This document shows positions 41,076-55,214 of a DNA stretch of 64,000 bases, in pieces. Source of the stretch: Octopus vulgaris (lineage: Eukaryota). The DNA lies in contig OX597827.1 of NCBI GenBank assembly GCA_951406725.2, positions 81,964,001-82,028,000 on the forward strand. The letters are read 5' to 3'. Position numbers and translations under genes: made by a program. The notes below the pieces were generated by a model. It was given only the letters and a program-made list of their open reading frames with translations, did not search any database and had not been told where the DNA came from. Positions within the stretch are counted from its first letter, which is position 1, and the number at the start of each line of letters is the position of its first letter.

Positions 41076-41639
41076 GTCACTTGTTATAATTTATCAGTAG
41101 TGGTAACCATGCTTAACTTACTAATATATTGGTTGCAGTGCTACAGTGGTGATAGTTGTGTCATAGTGTGGTGTTGGCTGTAGTAGTGTAGTGGTCAATG
41201 TAGTGGCAAAGTAATGGTTGTAGTATTGTGGTATTTTGTGTAGTTGTGGACAAATGACTGTAATGGTGTGTTGGTGACTGCAGTGGTGTGGTGGGAGACA
41301 ATATTGCAGTAGAGGGGGTAGTGATGTAGTGGTAGATTTAGTTGTGTAGTAAGGGTTACAGTGTTGTAGTTGTAGTGGAAGTGATGACTTTTGAAAATCA
41401 GAGTTTTTTCTTTAAGACTGTTGGAGTTGTCGCTATTTAGAAACAGTTCGTTATTTGAAGCTAATTAACAAGAATTAATTAAGATGATGGTGAAGGAATA
41501 AGATGAGGGCTGGGGAGGTTGGTAACACTGGTTTTAAAGGGGTTTTTTTAGGGGGGAGGGAGGAGAGAATGTGATTTAGTGGCTTCACCTGATGTGACTG
41601 TGGAGATCAGATCAGAGAGAAACTGTTGTAACTGCCTAG

Positions 41640-41960
41640 TGCCACTGTCACACAGTGTTTACGTGGTGTGACAGCACATTGTGTCACAGATACGAGGGTA
41701 AACTGCATGTTACATCGTAAATTCTGTCACATATTGTTACACACTACTGTACAGCATTGACGTGTAACTGTACCTTCTGTCACACATACTGTTACACAAT
41801 GTTTCCATGGTGACAGTGTATACTGTGTGACACACACTACCAAACAGCGTTTCTGTGGAGTAATTGCTATTGTGGTACATACTGTCACACAATTAGTGTA
41901 ACTGTACATTGTGTTACACAAACATAATGTTTACATCGTGTAACCATGAACCTGCACAAC
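41640..41960. repeat. Degenerate minisatellite built from gtcacac/gtgtgac/gttacac motifs
   Basis: Recurrent actgtcacaca.tgttt...tgtgac units. Confidence 0.6.
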
Positions 41961-42021
41961 TGTTAGATAGGGGCAGAGTTCAACTGACCTCAGTGTATCA
42001 CTGGTACTTAATTTATCTATT

Positions 42022-42390
42022 ATCTTTTACTTACTCCAGTTGTTAGACTGGCCATGCTGGGGCATCACCTTGAAGAATTTTAGTTGGACTAATCAACTCC
42101 AGTACTTGCTTTTTTAATTCTAACAGTCTCTTTAGCTGAACCACTATGTTATGGGGATGTAAACACACCAACACCAGTTGTCAAGTGGTAGTAGGTAACA
42201 AATACAGACACACACACACACAGACATATATGTACAACAAGCTTTTAGTTTCCATCTGCCAAATCCATTCATAAGGCTTTGGTCAGCCTGAGGCTATAGT
42301 AGAAGACACTTGCCCAAGGTGTCACACAGTGGGACCGAACCCAGAACCATGTGGTTGGGAAGCAGGCTTCTTACCATGCAGCCATGTCTG
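42022..42390 (-). mobile_element. SINE family C, near full-length, with LINE-type 3' tail
   Basis: Minus-strand head acatggctgcatggtaagaagcctgcttcccaaccacatggttctggGTTCGGTCCc, an internal (TG)n, and tail ggtgatgccccagcatggccagtc...agtaagtaaaaga. Confidence 0.85.
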
Positions 42391-43269
42391 TGAATAGAAT
42401 GATTTAACCAAAAATTGACCTCAGCTCCTAGAAGAAAGGAAGTAAGTAATGTAAGCCATACAACCCTATAAAATTATAATGAATAAACAGAATCACCACA
42501 CACACACACACACATTCTGCATCATTATGTTACTGGTACGTATTAACGGCACAGGGTGGGCCTGGCAGGCAACAAAGAGAAAACACGGGCACAAGAAACA
42601 AAAAAGTCAACAAATAGTAAACAAAAAAAAGTATAAACAAAAGTAGACATTCCCAGAGAAATGATAGACAGGTGAAAGCAGATTAAAGAAACAAGCCATT
42701 GGCAAAAACTGTCTTTGGATTGATTGATGGCCCAGATTGAGACATAGAAGAAACTGCATGTCAGGGTAAGGTGAGCCTTGCCTATGATGCCCACCACAAT
42801 TATAACTGCAGCTCCTAATGTTGCCTTGGGACTGTGAGGCCACTGGCTGGTCCCTTTGATCATACTCCACATACACCAACCCAGAGGATCCAGCCGTAGA
42901 TCACATGACCCTCAGCATAAACTAAACACACATATATGATAGTAGACATTGTCATCTTGAGTTTGTGCCTTCTGGGTAACCTGCCAGATGAACTTGGCTA
43001 CCTTGACAACATTGTGGTCACAGATCCCTCATCCCTACCTGAGGCCTCTAGTACCTTCCCCACCATGAACGACCCAGGCAATTCCAGGAAATTGGCCATC
43101 TTTGAATCCAATTGTTAGCAATTAATGCCAGTCTTCTAAGATGCTGTCTTATTGGTGCTGTTGATATGTCTGAGAGAGAAACTGGAAAGTTGAAATTTTC
43201 CATCTTTCCATCTACCTTTCATTGAGCTTTTCTTTCATTTATGGTTCAACTAAATTTATTCACAAACAT

Positions 43270-43975
43270 CTTGCATATCATGTAGGCATGTAAGTAAAAT
43301 TCGTTTTTGGAATTGGATCTTGAAACACATATGTCTATAAATAATAGCATACACAGATGTATGCCATGCGAGACCTGGTCCTCTAACTCTTTGTATTCTG
43401 TCAAAATATTCAAATGGATACCTCACATAATGACAAAATAAAGATGAATAATTGTATATATATATAAATATATATATAAAATAAGAGACACAGAATATGT
43501 ATCTGGTGTTTTTAAGCTTTATATAACATATTATCCATTTCCCTAAGATGATTGTCATTATTACACAACCCTGTTGGTCTGTTGCACAATCTGACTGGAA
43601 CACTTCTTCAGTATTGCCAATAAAAAATACAATATTATGGATATTGTGGGGAAGCAAGTTGATACAACAGAATAGAAGGTGAGATACTAGGAGAGTGTTA
43701 AGATAGCAGGCATAGAGGAGAAGCGGGAAAGGCAATGATAAACCTATTTAAAAGGACACTGGTCTTTGCTACATGGGAAGTAGTTTGACCCAAATACCAT
43801 AGGAATCTCAAGGAGGAAAAATCTACTATTCTGCTATTACACTTTGATACATACCACTGCAACTTATTGTTGCTATGATTGCTAACAGATTGACCCAAGG
43901 CCCACTTGTTAGTGGTCTTTCCTCTCAACTCTGTATAGATATGCAATATGTGTGGGCACACTTGTGTCATCATTG
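43270..43975 (-). pseudogene. Highly decayed Penelope-like element, linker/GIY-YIG region
   Basis: Ordered remnants SVSNHSNNKL...SKCNSR...FFIGNTEEVFQ...HLC...RILLTCLH resemble IS.HN.K.L...CNCR...YIG.TE..FK...C.LC...ELL..C.H, in the same order as in the 55.8-58.2 kb copy. Confidence 0.45.
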
Positions 43976-46336
43976 CCCTCTCTTTTGCCTTCTCTTCTAT
44001 ACCTCTTCAATGCCCTCCACTCATCTCACCATCTATCACACATTATTCTTCTATGCCACCTCGCTTACCCACAGTATGTTTGCTTGGGATATATATATAT
44101 ACTAAGTAATTAAGGGTTTAGCAACGATTTGCCTCACCACACACCGAATTTAGAAATAGCAGTCAAAGAGTTATAGCTATTCTTTCTACTAAAAGGGAGA
44201 TCTCAGTAAAACCACAGCACTTGAAAGGCAAACACAGACAGGCAAGAGAGAAAGAAATGACGACAATCGATCATACAATATTAAGTCACCTACGGACGTA
44301 CGTTTCGAAATTAAGTTTTAGGAAAGCATAAATATATAAGGACAAGCAACAGACATTGTATTGTATTTTTTTGCTGCTAAAACTGAGACAGCCAACGAAC
44401 TAGACTATGCAACTGGCCAAGTGGCTTGCATAAAGCAGCAATCAGCTGGCAGTACACTTTATAAAGCTTAAAAACACAAATTGCATTTTCTGCATTTCTT
44501 ATTAATGTAAAATGGTCCAACCTCTGCATACTAGCCTATCATGCAATGTGATGATTGTTGCCAAAATGTGTGTTACATAAGAGTGAAGTGGGCAGCTATT
44601 TACCGAACCCCAGCATTTTGGTAAAGTGTTGTGCTTTTCACTGCACTTTTAAATTATACATACATACATGTATATATTCCACCAAACCAAGTTGTAACAG
44701 TTCTCACCTAAAGATCTCAGTAGCATGAAACCCAAGACTTGAGATGAACTCCATCCCCATTCATCTAACTCAGTTCAATATATATGTGTATGCATGTGTG
44801 TGTATATAATACATGTATGTATATATAATGCATGTATGTACATATACATACATATCAATGTGTACAAATCAATGTATATATTATACATGAAACATGAACT
44901 AACATGCATAGATATAAGTTTAAACATACTGACACATGTAGTCCTGCTGAAAATGTCCTATGCACACTGCAATACATGTCACTCTCTCTCACACACATCT
45001 GCCATAAATAACAACACCACAATGTTGAGGTAGCTTTAGTCTGTGTCCAGACACATCACATCGGGTCATCTCGTCATATGTTATTTAACACCAGGTCAGC
45101 CTGAATTCAGCAGGCTGATGCTCAAAGACAATCCTGATGAAGCCATCTTGTTTTGAAGGGGTATCTTTGACCACATTAGCTAATGTATCTTTTCTCTTTT
45201 ATAAAACAATAGTGAAGGGGGTGAGGGAAATTTAGCTGCTATAACCACCAGGTCAGATGACTCCCTTATCAGTTCAGTATTAAATGTCTAATGTATATGC
45301 ATACATGTATGTATGTATGCACACATCAACCTGCTGGGGTGGTTTGGCCCTTCATTGGAAAATCAGGGCTTCCCCCAAAGCCCTCTTTAGTTTATATTAG
45401 GGAACATCATCACACAACTATCTTTATGTAAAAGTTGTCAGTTCAATTCCTGAGTTAGATAGGGTTACTGCCTCTGAGTAAAACTCTTCATTTTATATTG
45501 CCCCAGTCTACTCAGCTGTAAGAGAGAACCACCCAAGTGCTGGTGCAGTTCCATCCCTCCTCCGTCTGTCACATCCTGTATGTTTTGCCTGATCAAGTTG
45601 TAAGCAGGCCAAGAGGATGTTTCTGTCTATTTGTGACTACACAGATCTCTAAAGACCCCTAAAACAATCAGGGTACCTGCTACCAGGTCGTACTCCTTTA
45701 CCAAAGGTGGCACCATTGCATGTTTCTCATGTAGCATCAACCAACCAATGCAGGTTTACTGCTTGTTGCAATGTTAATGGTATAGGCGCTGGTGGTAGTG
45801 GTTGTCAGCAGAGTTACAGCTGTTTTAGTTATTGCAGAAGCCCAAGTCTACCCTGGTCAAAGGCATTCCAGCCATAACCATCCCATCCCATCAGTTTTTC
45901 AGACATACTTGTACATCATACTACATTCCCTAATATAATCTTTACAATGACAACATGAGGTTTTGAGGGAAACTTAGCTGTTATCTTTAACATATCAAGT
46001 GCCCACATAGTGGCTCCCTTGATGGCTTATGTAGTGTTGCTGTTGGTGGTGGTATTCAGATAGAGGTATGGTTGTTGTGTTGTGGTAGTAGTGGTGGTGT
46101 CGTAGTGTTGCTGCTGCAGTGCTAGTATTGCTGTTTGTGCTAGCAAGCTTGTTATTCTAGTGGTGACGGCTTAGTGGTAGTGTTACTGTGATAGCACTGC
46201 TATAGTGGTGGGAGCGTGCCTATACTACTGTTTCTATTGTCAAAACTGCTCTTCCTACTACTACTACAAGAACCACTACAATGCTATCGTCACTATGGCA
46301 ACTACCACCACTGCCGTACCACTATGATGATGAAGA

Positions 46337-46376
<40 letters not shown>

Positions 46377-46916
46377 AGTTGTCCTTCACTCTTGTTGTTG
46401 CCGTAGTCCTGTGGCTGCTATCGTTGGCTGCCATAGTCTTTGCTGTTGTTGATGGGATAACAAGAAGGGGAGGAGGAGGAGGAAGAAGAAGAAGACGAGG
46501 TTGTGTGTGTGTGTGTGTGTGTGTGTGAGTGAGTGGTGGTGTGTGTATTCATAAGTTGTGTTTAGCCGATCTGTGTGTATGTTGTGTAGGCGTATATGCA
46601 TTGCTTAATGTGTACATTGTGTGTGTGTGTGTGTGTGTGTATGTATATCCATATATACATACACGTGTGTGTGTGTGTGTATGGTTTTAGCAATGGATAT
46701 GGTAGATCCTGCCACAGTAATATTGTTGGTTGGATAAGAAAGATAATAGAATGAATGGAAGGAGACTGGAGTGGATTGATAAACAGGTGTGTGTGTGGGG
46801 GGGTAGATGGAGAGACTGATAGAGAGGCAGACAGGTAGAGAGATAGAAAGGGAGGGAGAGAGAGAGAGAGAGAGAGAATGTATGTAGGTCAGTAGATATA
46901 TAGATGGATATGAGTG

Positions 46917-46951
<35 letters not shown>

Positions 46952-47599
46952 TAGTGGGGGGGGAGAGAGCAAACTCCATGGCTAGATGGATGGATGGAGT
47001 GAGTGATAGATATGTGAGGAGTCCGTAGATGGGAAGATGAATAAGTTGATGGGAAATAGAGAAACAAGTGGATGGAGAGAAGAATGCACAGATGGATGGA
47101 GAGAGAGAGAGAGAGACTGAATGAATGGAAGAAGGGACGGACGGACAGACAGACAGACAGACATTGGTAGATAAATCAATAAACAGAATCAATAGACAAA
47201 TAGACGGATAACATAGGAAGAACTAGCGAGGAGGGGGGGGAGGAGGAGGAAAGAGGTGTGTGTGTGGGGGGGGGGGGTAGATATTGTTTCAGAGAGAACA
47301 GAGTGTATTGTAATTAATTCTGCAGGAACTGGTGTCTTTGGTACTGGTGGTAGTGGTAGTAGTAGTAGTAGTAGTGGTGGTGGGGGTGGTGGTGCCGCTG
47401 GATGTGGCACTGGTGGTAGTAGTACCACTGGATGTCATGTTGCTGGTGGTGGTGGTGGTGGTGGTTGTAGTGGAATATCGTCTGATAGAGTAAAGATAGA
47501 AGACTTCAATCAATCAATCAATCTCTCTCTATCTTTCTCTCTATTTATCTATCTCTCTATCAGTTTGTCTGTCTGTTAGTCTGTCTCTCTGTCTGCCTA

Positions 47600-47630
<31 letters not shown>

Positions 47631-47634
47631 TTCA

Positions 47635-47666
<32 letters not shown>

Positions 47667-48761
47667 GTGTATGTGTGGGGGGATGAAATAGGGTGATGAA
47701 TGGAAAGACCCTTGATGCTATATTGTCTACTAACAGGTTTGTATATACATACATACAGGTATATATGTGTGTACACACACACTCACACACATTTCTTTAT
47801 ATAATGGGTGCGAATAAAGATGGAGTATTGTGAATAGTGAAGAGGAAATCTTTGATGATGTATATAGACAGTAGGTGTACATTTGGGTGTGTAATGCAGA
47901 GTGTAACTGCATTCTATGCATATGCTGTGTGTATGTTTTCTATGAGCGTAGAGTGTGTTTGTGTCGTGCCTTGGTTTAATATTTGTATCTGTATATAGTA
48001 AATATATACATTGTGTGTTTTATGTATATATGTTATATATGTACAATGCAGTGTATGTATAAAGATATATATTTATATAGGCTTGTGTATACACACACGC
48101 ACATACACGCTGTGTAGGTGAGTGTAGAATGAGGAAGTCGTTATTGAACGGAGAGACCTGTGATAGCATGTGACTGCACAGTGTTTTGTGGATGTATATA
48201 TGGCGATACATAGATGTATGCGTGTGTGTTAGTGTCTGTATATACCAAGTGTGCTACATGTGTTTCCATGTATTTGGCTGTGTGCGTGTTTATGTATATA
48301 TGGCTGTTTCTGCTGGTTTAAGGAGTTCGTTGTTGTTTTACTGTGTGTCAAATCTCTTGTGTTTCTGTGTGGAGTGGGGTATTGCATGTTTATGCATATG
48401 TATGTGTTCGACTGTGTGTGCGTGCGTATATATATATATATATATGAACAGTTTGCACGTTACATGCATTGTATGATGTGTTGTTTTTCAATGCCAGGTC
48501 AAGGCTAGATCAAGCAAGCTTATGATCTGAGGATTCCAGCCATGACCTCCTTGTCTTTTACTCTGACACAATCCACCTGGACTACATTGTCCAATGTGTT
48601 TGTCTTTTCACTCATGATCATTTGAAATTTGTATGCAGATTTGACTGCTATTTCTAACAGGTTGAGCTGCTGCCTACCATCTCCAGCAGCAATGATTCAT
48701 AGCCCTTCCTACCCAGACACACATTATGCTTTGTGTATAAATTATCTGAATGACGCACTTT

Positions 48762-48793
<32 letters not shown>

Positions 48794-50099
48794 CACACAC
48801 AATTAACTGTTCAATAACATGCATATATAAAGTAGTTGGCCAGGGATAGTATTTAATCAATTTCTATTACACCTGTAATGTAAAAAAAATCATTAGTGTT
48901 AATGATAATTCTTGTCAAGAATGACAAGGGAAACAATCCTGAACTCCAAATTTATAAAAAAATTAACAGAGACATCTAGTGGTGGTAGGGTCTTTTTTCG
49001 TAAATACAATGCCAGGTTCCTGCCTCACTAGGCCTCCTCAGTGAAGTTATAGATTTAATGGTATTTACCAGACACTAGACTCCCTGAGGTAATCTATCTA
49101 TCTATCTAATTCAATATCTGTTTGTTTGTGTGTGTATGAGTGTATCTTTTTGTATCTATATGTAATGTTTCATGACATCTATCTATATTGTGACATGTAT
49201 CTATGTGTAATCTGAGTATATATATGTATGTATAACGTAAATGCCTTTGTATGGATACAAACACACTCAGACATGTGTGTGTCTGTGTGGTTGTGTATGT
49301 ATTAAGTGGAGAATAAAAGCAAGTCTATAACTTTTCCAGACCTTTCTAGGATCCCTACATAACTGAGTGGTGGTGGTGGCAGTGGTGGGTCATTTCTATT
49401 ACGGGTGTTTGGTATAATGACATAGTGGTGCTGTAGATCAGTTGTGAAGTTTACAGTGGGTAGGTCTGAAGGAGCAGAGGCCATTACAGTAGTGGTTATA
49501 GGAAGAGACAGTCCAGTCCAGAGTTTATGGATGATGTCCTAAAGTAATTAAAGTGACCATTAAATTTCAACACTCTCCCAGTTCAAAACCAAGGCTCCAC
49601 ATAGAGAATCGAAACCTTAGCCACTTGGACATGAGATAAGGATATGAACGATTATACCACTTGATGTGCATATTTAGATGTTGTGCTGTGAGTGTACAAT
49701 TGTAGACATATGCACTCCAGTAACCGTGTGAGTTCCTAAAGGAAAACTGTCCAACACTGAGCAATGAAGTCCTCTTGACCATATATGGTGTTAATAAATG
49801 ATGAAGTCCTCTTGACTATATGTGGTATTAATAAAGTCTAAAGCAAGACTATATATCTCTATGACACACTTGTACCCATAATTTCCATGCATAATCCTGT
49901 AGGACCTCTTGTAAAAATCTAAGTTGGACTTTGTACTTTATTCACATACCAGATTACTACAGCTCAAATCCACATGATCATCCCCCCCTGGCTCTGGAAG
50001 TAAAGCCAGTGAAGACAAAGAACATAAAACTGTACTGTATTGTGAAGGGGTGGGAAAAGGATTAATCAGATCTTTTTATTGTGTAACCAATGTCAAGTA

Positions 50100-50980
50100 T
50101 GGTTGTACATATTGGGATCAGAGATAGGTCAAAAGGAGAGAGAGAGAGAAGAGTTTGTATTGGGCAGATGTAGGGAAGGATTTGTGGCAGATGAACTGTA
50201 GACAGGTACTTTGCTGTGGGTTAGCTAGGAAGTTGGTCAGCAGGAAAGAAAGGGACTTCCGAGAGGAGAATGAAAACTGAAGAATGTCAACAGTGAGCGT
50301 GGAACGAATCTGAGTGAACGATAGAAAAATAACTGACAACTTAAGCCCTGAAGTACCTAAAGAAATAAACCTTTGGTAAATGTATTCTCGTCTCCACTAG
50401 TTTGTTGGTGTATAGCTTAACAGAGCTATACAGATATTGTACAGGATCAGTTAAACCTAAGAGAAGGTGATACGTTCCATTACATTGGTTAAGTAATTAG
50501 ACATGGAAGGAAGGGTTTCAAATACAAAGTAGCCAGAATAAAGATGGAGAAGAAAATGTTCAGGGAGTTGTTACTTCTGCTGATGAGAACAAAACTCTCT
50601 GTGCAGATTGTATGATAAAAGGTTACCCATCACAACCCAGGGTTTGTTTAGTGAAGAAGAAATATCAGAGCTTAAATACGGTAGCTTGAAAAAATGTAGA
50701 AGATTATCTGTGCTAGCTCAACTCTGGTGGCTTAACTATGGTACTTTAATTAAACATAGTGGGAGCGAAGGAAAGAGGTTCTGGATTTCAATCTGAAAGG
50801 GAAGAGAGAATCGAATTTGCCATGGTTAAGCTTATATCCAAACAAAGAGCAATCTTTTGCCTTGCTTGATAATGAGCCTTCAACCCAAAATATCAAAGCT
50901 CTCCCTTCTCTCACAGCAACTACATTTATTTTGATCACCACCCTTCCTAACAGATGACTTGTTGCCATCGTACAACCTCA
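50100..50980 (-). pseudogene. Very decayed LINE RT fragment (CR1/L2-like)
   Basis: Weak remnants LIFWVEGSLSS, SSVKLYTNK (YADD position) and FTQIRSTL. Confidence 0.35.
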
Positions 50981-51689
50981 TCTCTTTCCTCCAATTCTCT
51001 ATATAATCTTTTAGTTGCCTGTTGTACCACAATTTCACATTATGACTTAGAAATTATCTTCTACTGAAGTCTGTTTTACCTTTCATCCGTTTTTGACACC
51101 AATAAAATAAGTACCATTGGAGCATTGGGGGTTGATGTAATCACCTGTCCGTCTTACCAAAGTTTCTGGCCTTGTACCAGCTTTGACCAGTCGGCAGCCA
51201 AAGAGAGAAGCCAACGCAACCCAGCTAATCAAATGAAAAACTTTCAAAATTCATGATTTTGTAATCATCAAGAGATAAAGTTGACGCTGAAAATTTAAAT
51301 AACTTTATATATTGTGTGGAGAAGCACATAACAAATTAACAGCGCCTGCAAAATCCTCAAGATTAGTCTTAAAACTCTGTGACAGATACAGTTTTATTGA
51401 GAACCTTCATGTCTCTATCATCACAGACCTGTGAGTATACAGTAAATTTTTCCTGCTTCTTTTGTAAGGACACTGATCTCACATTTCATCCATTTGAACA
51501 CATCCACTTAGACACATTCATGTATTCTTTGCCTCCACATCCACATATCAATGTTATACTGTTGCACAGACTCATGGCTACACAACATGCTTACAATCAA
51601 CAAAGGTGGTCTGCTGCTGCTGCTACTGCTACTACTATAATTAGTGAAGAATCACTACTGTCTTCCCCTTACTGTCCACCTCAATCCCA

Positions 51690-54078
51690 ATGTACACCTC
51701 ACAGTTCCACGATAAATCTGGCAACCGTAAATAAAACAAAATTTATGAACACCCAAAATATGCTGCTATTTTCAACACAAGAGACTATGCAGTGACCGCA
51801 ACTTCACCCATTTACCTGGGACACAATTCATATAAGCAACACAAGCCAACACCAAACCACACATCTTACACCACCACCACCACCACCACCACCACCACCA
51901 CTAAATACTAAATCACACTTAATAGCTTCTACGTGTGTAACTTGGAATCCTAAAATCTGCTGCTGTTCCCAACTGGAAAGGTTACGTCTACAGCATGACT
52001 GTGCCTTCCCTCTTCTTCCAGGAACTTGATCCCTATTAAAAGCATGACTCCAAGCCACCACCAAATCCACAGTAGAAACATCCCTTACAGTAGCAATGCT
52101 GGTCCAGAACTCAAAAGTCTCCCTGAATGCAGTTTCTGTAGAAAGAGCTAATCAGCCAGGCATGTTTATATGGGGCATGCCAGTTGAAAGCATGCCCCGT
52201 ATTAACCCACTTCTACCTACTAGGACTTGATTCCGTGAGATAGATGGCTACTAATGCATAACAGAAGCAAACTAACAAAGCAGCTAAAATATCAAACACT
52301 TTCAACTGATGAAATAGAGAAGAAAATATATGAAAATAAAAGAACATTGAACTGGACCCAAAACAATATCTCATGGAAAAGAAATTTTGTTAAGGGAACA
52401 CTGAGCAATGGAAAATATAAAATCTATTCCTAAGTTGTTTTTTCACTTTGCTAAAGAAAAATCAACCCCACATAACCAGACTGACTCTTGAATAGATCAA
52501 ACTGGATCATATAGCAATAAGGATCACTCCATCAGTTACGATGACGAGGGTCCCAGCTGATATGATCAAAGGAACAGCTTGCTCGTGAAATATAAACATG
52601 CAAGTGGCTGAACACTCCACAGACATGTGCACCCTTATCGTAGTTCTCAGGGAGATTCAGCCATGACACAGAGTGTGACAAGGCTGGCCCTTGGAAATAC
52701 GGGTACTACTCACTGTTGCCAGCTGAGTGGACTGGAGCAACGTGAAATAAAGGACACATCGTATCGCTGGGAATTGAACTCACGACCTTACAACCGTGAG
52801 CTGAATGCCCAAACCACTAAGCCATGTGCCTTGACTACATAGCAATAATTCATCACAAATACGCACACTGTTGAGTCATCAGTATAACAGTGCATTTTCC
52901 CAACCTATGCTTCACAAAATAGTACACATGTTTGATCCCCAGAACCCAACTGCAGAGACACATCCAAAAATTAATGATGTTATGAAAGATGATCTACTTA
53001 TGGCTATTAATGAACCAGATTCAAACTCAGCATCTGGACCAGACAGTCTCCAAGCCATTCTGTTAAAAACGTGCATGAACAGCCTTGCAAAACCCTTAAA
53101 GATACTATTTGAAAAGCTCCATGGTATAGCAATAGTAACACGCATTACAGAAGGGAGGTATGTAGGGCTGAAGCTTAAAACTACAGATTCTGTTTCTTTC
53201 ACATCTCACACGTCTAAAATTATCGACTGAATTGTCTGTTAAAAAAATAATTACATATCTTGAAGAAAGCAGCCTCTTTGATGAAACACAACAGGGTTTT
53301 CAGACTGGTTTTTGCCTGTCACAACTATTCCAGCAGCATAACACTGTTCTCAATAATCTCTTGCATATACCTTGATTTGACTAAAGCATTTGACAAGATT
53401 GATCATGGAATCATCTGTCTTAAGTTAAAGGGTCTTGGTATTGCAGGAAAACTCCAAAAAATGACTCTTTGGCTTCCTGCACAGTAGGAGTCAATCTGTT
53501 GCTGTAAATGCTTTTCTCTCTGCCAAGTCACCTTTAATAAGTGGTATACTTCAGGGAATGGTTCTAGGACCATTATTATTTATCATCACCCTCTCAGGTA
53601 TAAAATCACAAGTGCACTCAGCCAACCTAATGAGTTATGCCAATGACAATGATATTGATGGCTATCCAAACTCCAGAAGATACTGTCACACTCCAAAATG
53701 AGCTCAACTCATTCATTAACGAGCAGATAAAAACAAAGTGAAATTTAGTTCATTAAAAGTTCAGGTTCTCATGATAGAAGGAATCCACATCAAGGCTTAT
53801 GAAGAACATTTACCAATAAAATATCTTCGATTAAAAGTCAATCAGAAGCATAAGGGGACCCTCTACCGAAACATTAAAGAGAAGACATTGAATAATAAAC
53901 TCCTAACAACGACAGCAGAAGAGCCAAGAATTCAAGACTAGACTGTGGGATGGTCAGCTGATACAAGCTCAATCATAGACCAACTTACAGCATAAAATGA
54001 CAACAAAACCAATAGAAAATAAGTTATGGTGGTGCTCCAGTATGGCCACAGTCCTACAACTGAAACCATTAAAGAATA
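51690..54078 (+). mobile_element. Decayed CR1/L2-group LINE, interrupted by a SINE
   Basis: 5' region homologous to 29140-29470. ORF2 remnants SASGPDSL, LAKPLKILF, YLDLTKAFDKIDHGI, SGILQGMVLGPLLFII and SYAND. Tail ggtggtgctccagtatggccacagtcc...ctgaaacc. Confidence 0.85.
52521..52838 (-). mobile_element. SINE family A inserted in the LINE, with 10-bp TSD
   Basis: Matches 11989-12375; flanked by ATAGCAATAA at 52511-52520 and 52839-52848. Confidence 0.9.
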
Positions 54079-54122
54079 CTAAAAGAATTGTTATTATTAT
54101 TATTCTTGTTTAAAACGACTTC

Positions 54123-54560
54123 AGTGAGGATGTCTGAAAATGTCAGCTGTTGATAAGCAATGGACTAAAGCTGCAACCACCATTCAGACTTCTATTTTCT
54201 AAGTTATCTATTTAGAAGTACCAAAGCCTCTAACAACAAAAGGTACAACACTCACCTTCTTCAATGACTCCAAATCTTTTTTATCTCCCACTTCCACTCA
54301 TCACATCTGACCTGCTTCTCCTCATCCCACCACATGCAATATCCCTCATTGAACAGGTTTTTCTCCCTCTTTCTTCACAACCACCATATCTGGCTTCTGA
54401 TGTTCAATCTCTTGTTCACATTGGATCATTACATCCCACAACTGTTACTCTCAATTACTCCTTCTGCGCTTTGCCCATTCCACATCTTTGCTCTATCCAA
54501 TCCACACTTGCCACACACCTCCCAATAAATCATTCTTGCAACACTGTCGTATTTCCTTCT
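54123..54560 (-). pseudogene. R4/Dong-clade LINE restriction-like endonuclease remnant (copy 2)
   Basis: YDSVARMIYWEVCGK...WDVMIQCEQEIEHQKPDMVVV...DIAC...WEIKKIW..KKVSVVP, followed on the minus strand by (TAA)n at 54088-54103. Confidence 0.75.
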
Positions 54561-54794
54561 GCATTGTCATTGCTTTGTTTTATACAACCCATTCCGAGTC
54601 CTGACTCAAACACCTCAAATAACAGCAAACTGAATATTTTACCGTTATTTATGATTAGCAATGATATGTTTTAGACAAAGGAGGCCAAATACTGAAGGTT
54701 TTGTTAAAATTTGTTTTTATATTTGAAGTTTTAGAAAGAGTTTAAGATATTCAGATACTTTTAGGTTGACAGTTTTTTTTTGTTTTTTTTTTTA

Positions 54795-55214
54795 CCTTAG
54801 GATCTGGGCTGAACCCATGAGGACAATTTTTTGTAGTTCTGATACTTTGGGGTTTCCTGGTATTTAGTGTTTAATAGTGCCATATAGAATGATCCCTGAA
54901 GCTCTGATGATTACAAGTACAGTTTTTGTTCTCAGGTGCTCTATTTTTGTGACCCCTATATCAAGGCCCTTCTATTTACTTAACTTTTCAAATGTTTTTC
55001 ACGGTAATGTTGCAGTTTCTGGGTTTGACACATCTATGAGCAAACATCTTTTTCCAACAAGATTTTCCACCACAACATCTGGTCTATTGACCTGAATACC
55101 TCGATTAGTTTAAATACTGAATTCCCAAACAACGGTGATGTCTTTATTTTCTTCTACTTTGGCAGAGTTATGCTCCTTCCTCTTCTTCTCATATGGAAGA
55201 CCAAACTGACAACC
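54795..55214 (-). pseudogene. R4/Dong-clade LINE restriction-like endonuclease remnant (copy 1)
   Basis: KVEENKDITVVWEFSI*TNRGIQVNRPDVVV...CLLIDVSNP...EKLSK*KGL...ELQKIVLMGSAQILR, a typical RLE (PD..D) C-terminus. Confidence 0.85.

Noticed and set aside
47256-47579. Gly/Ser-rich ORF
   Set aside because: Built mainly from (GGT)n/(AGT)n microsatellites that occur throughout the window.
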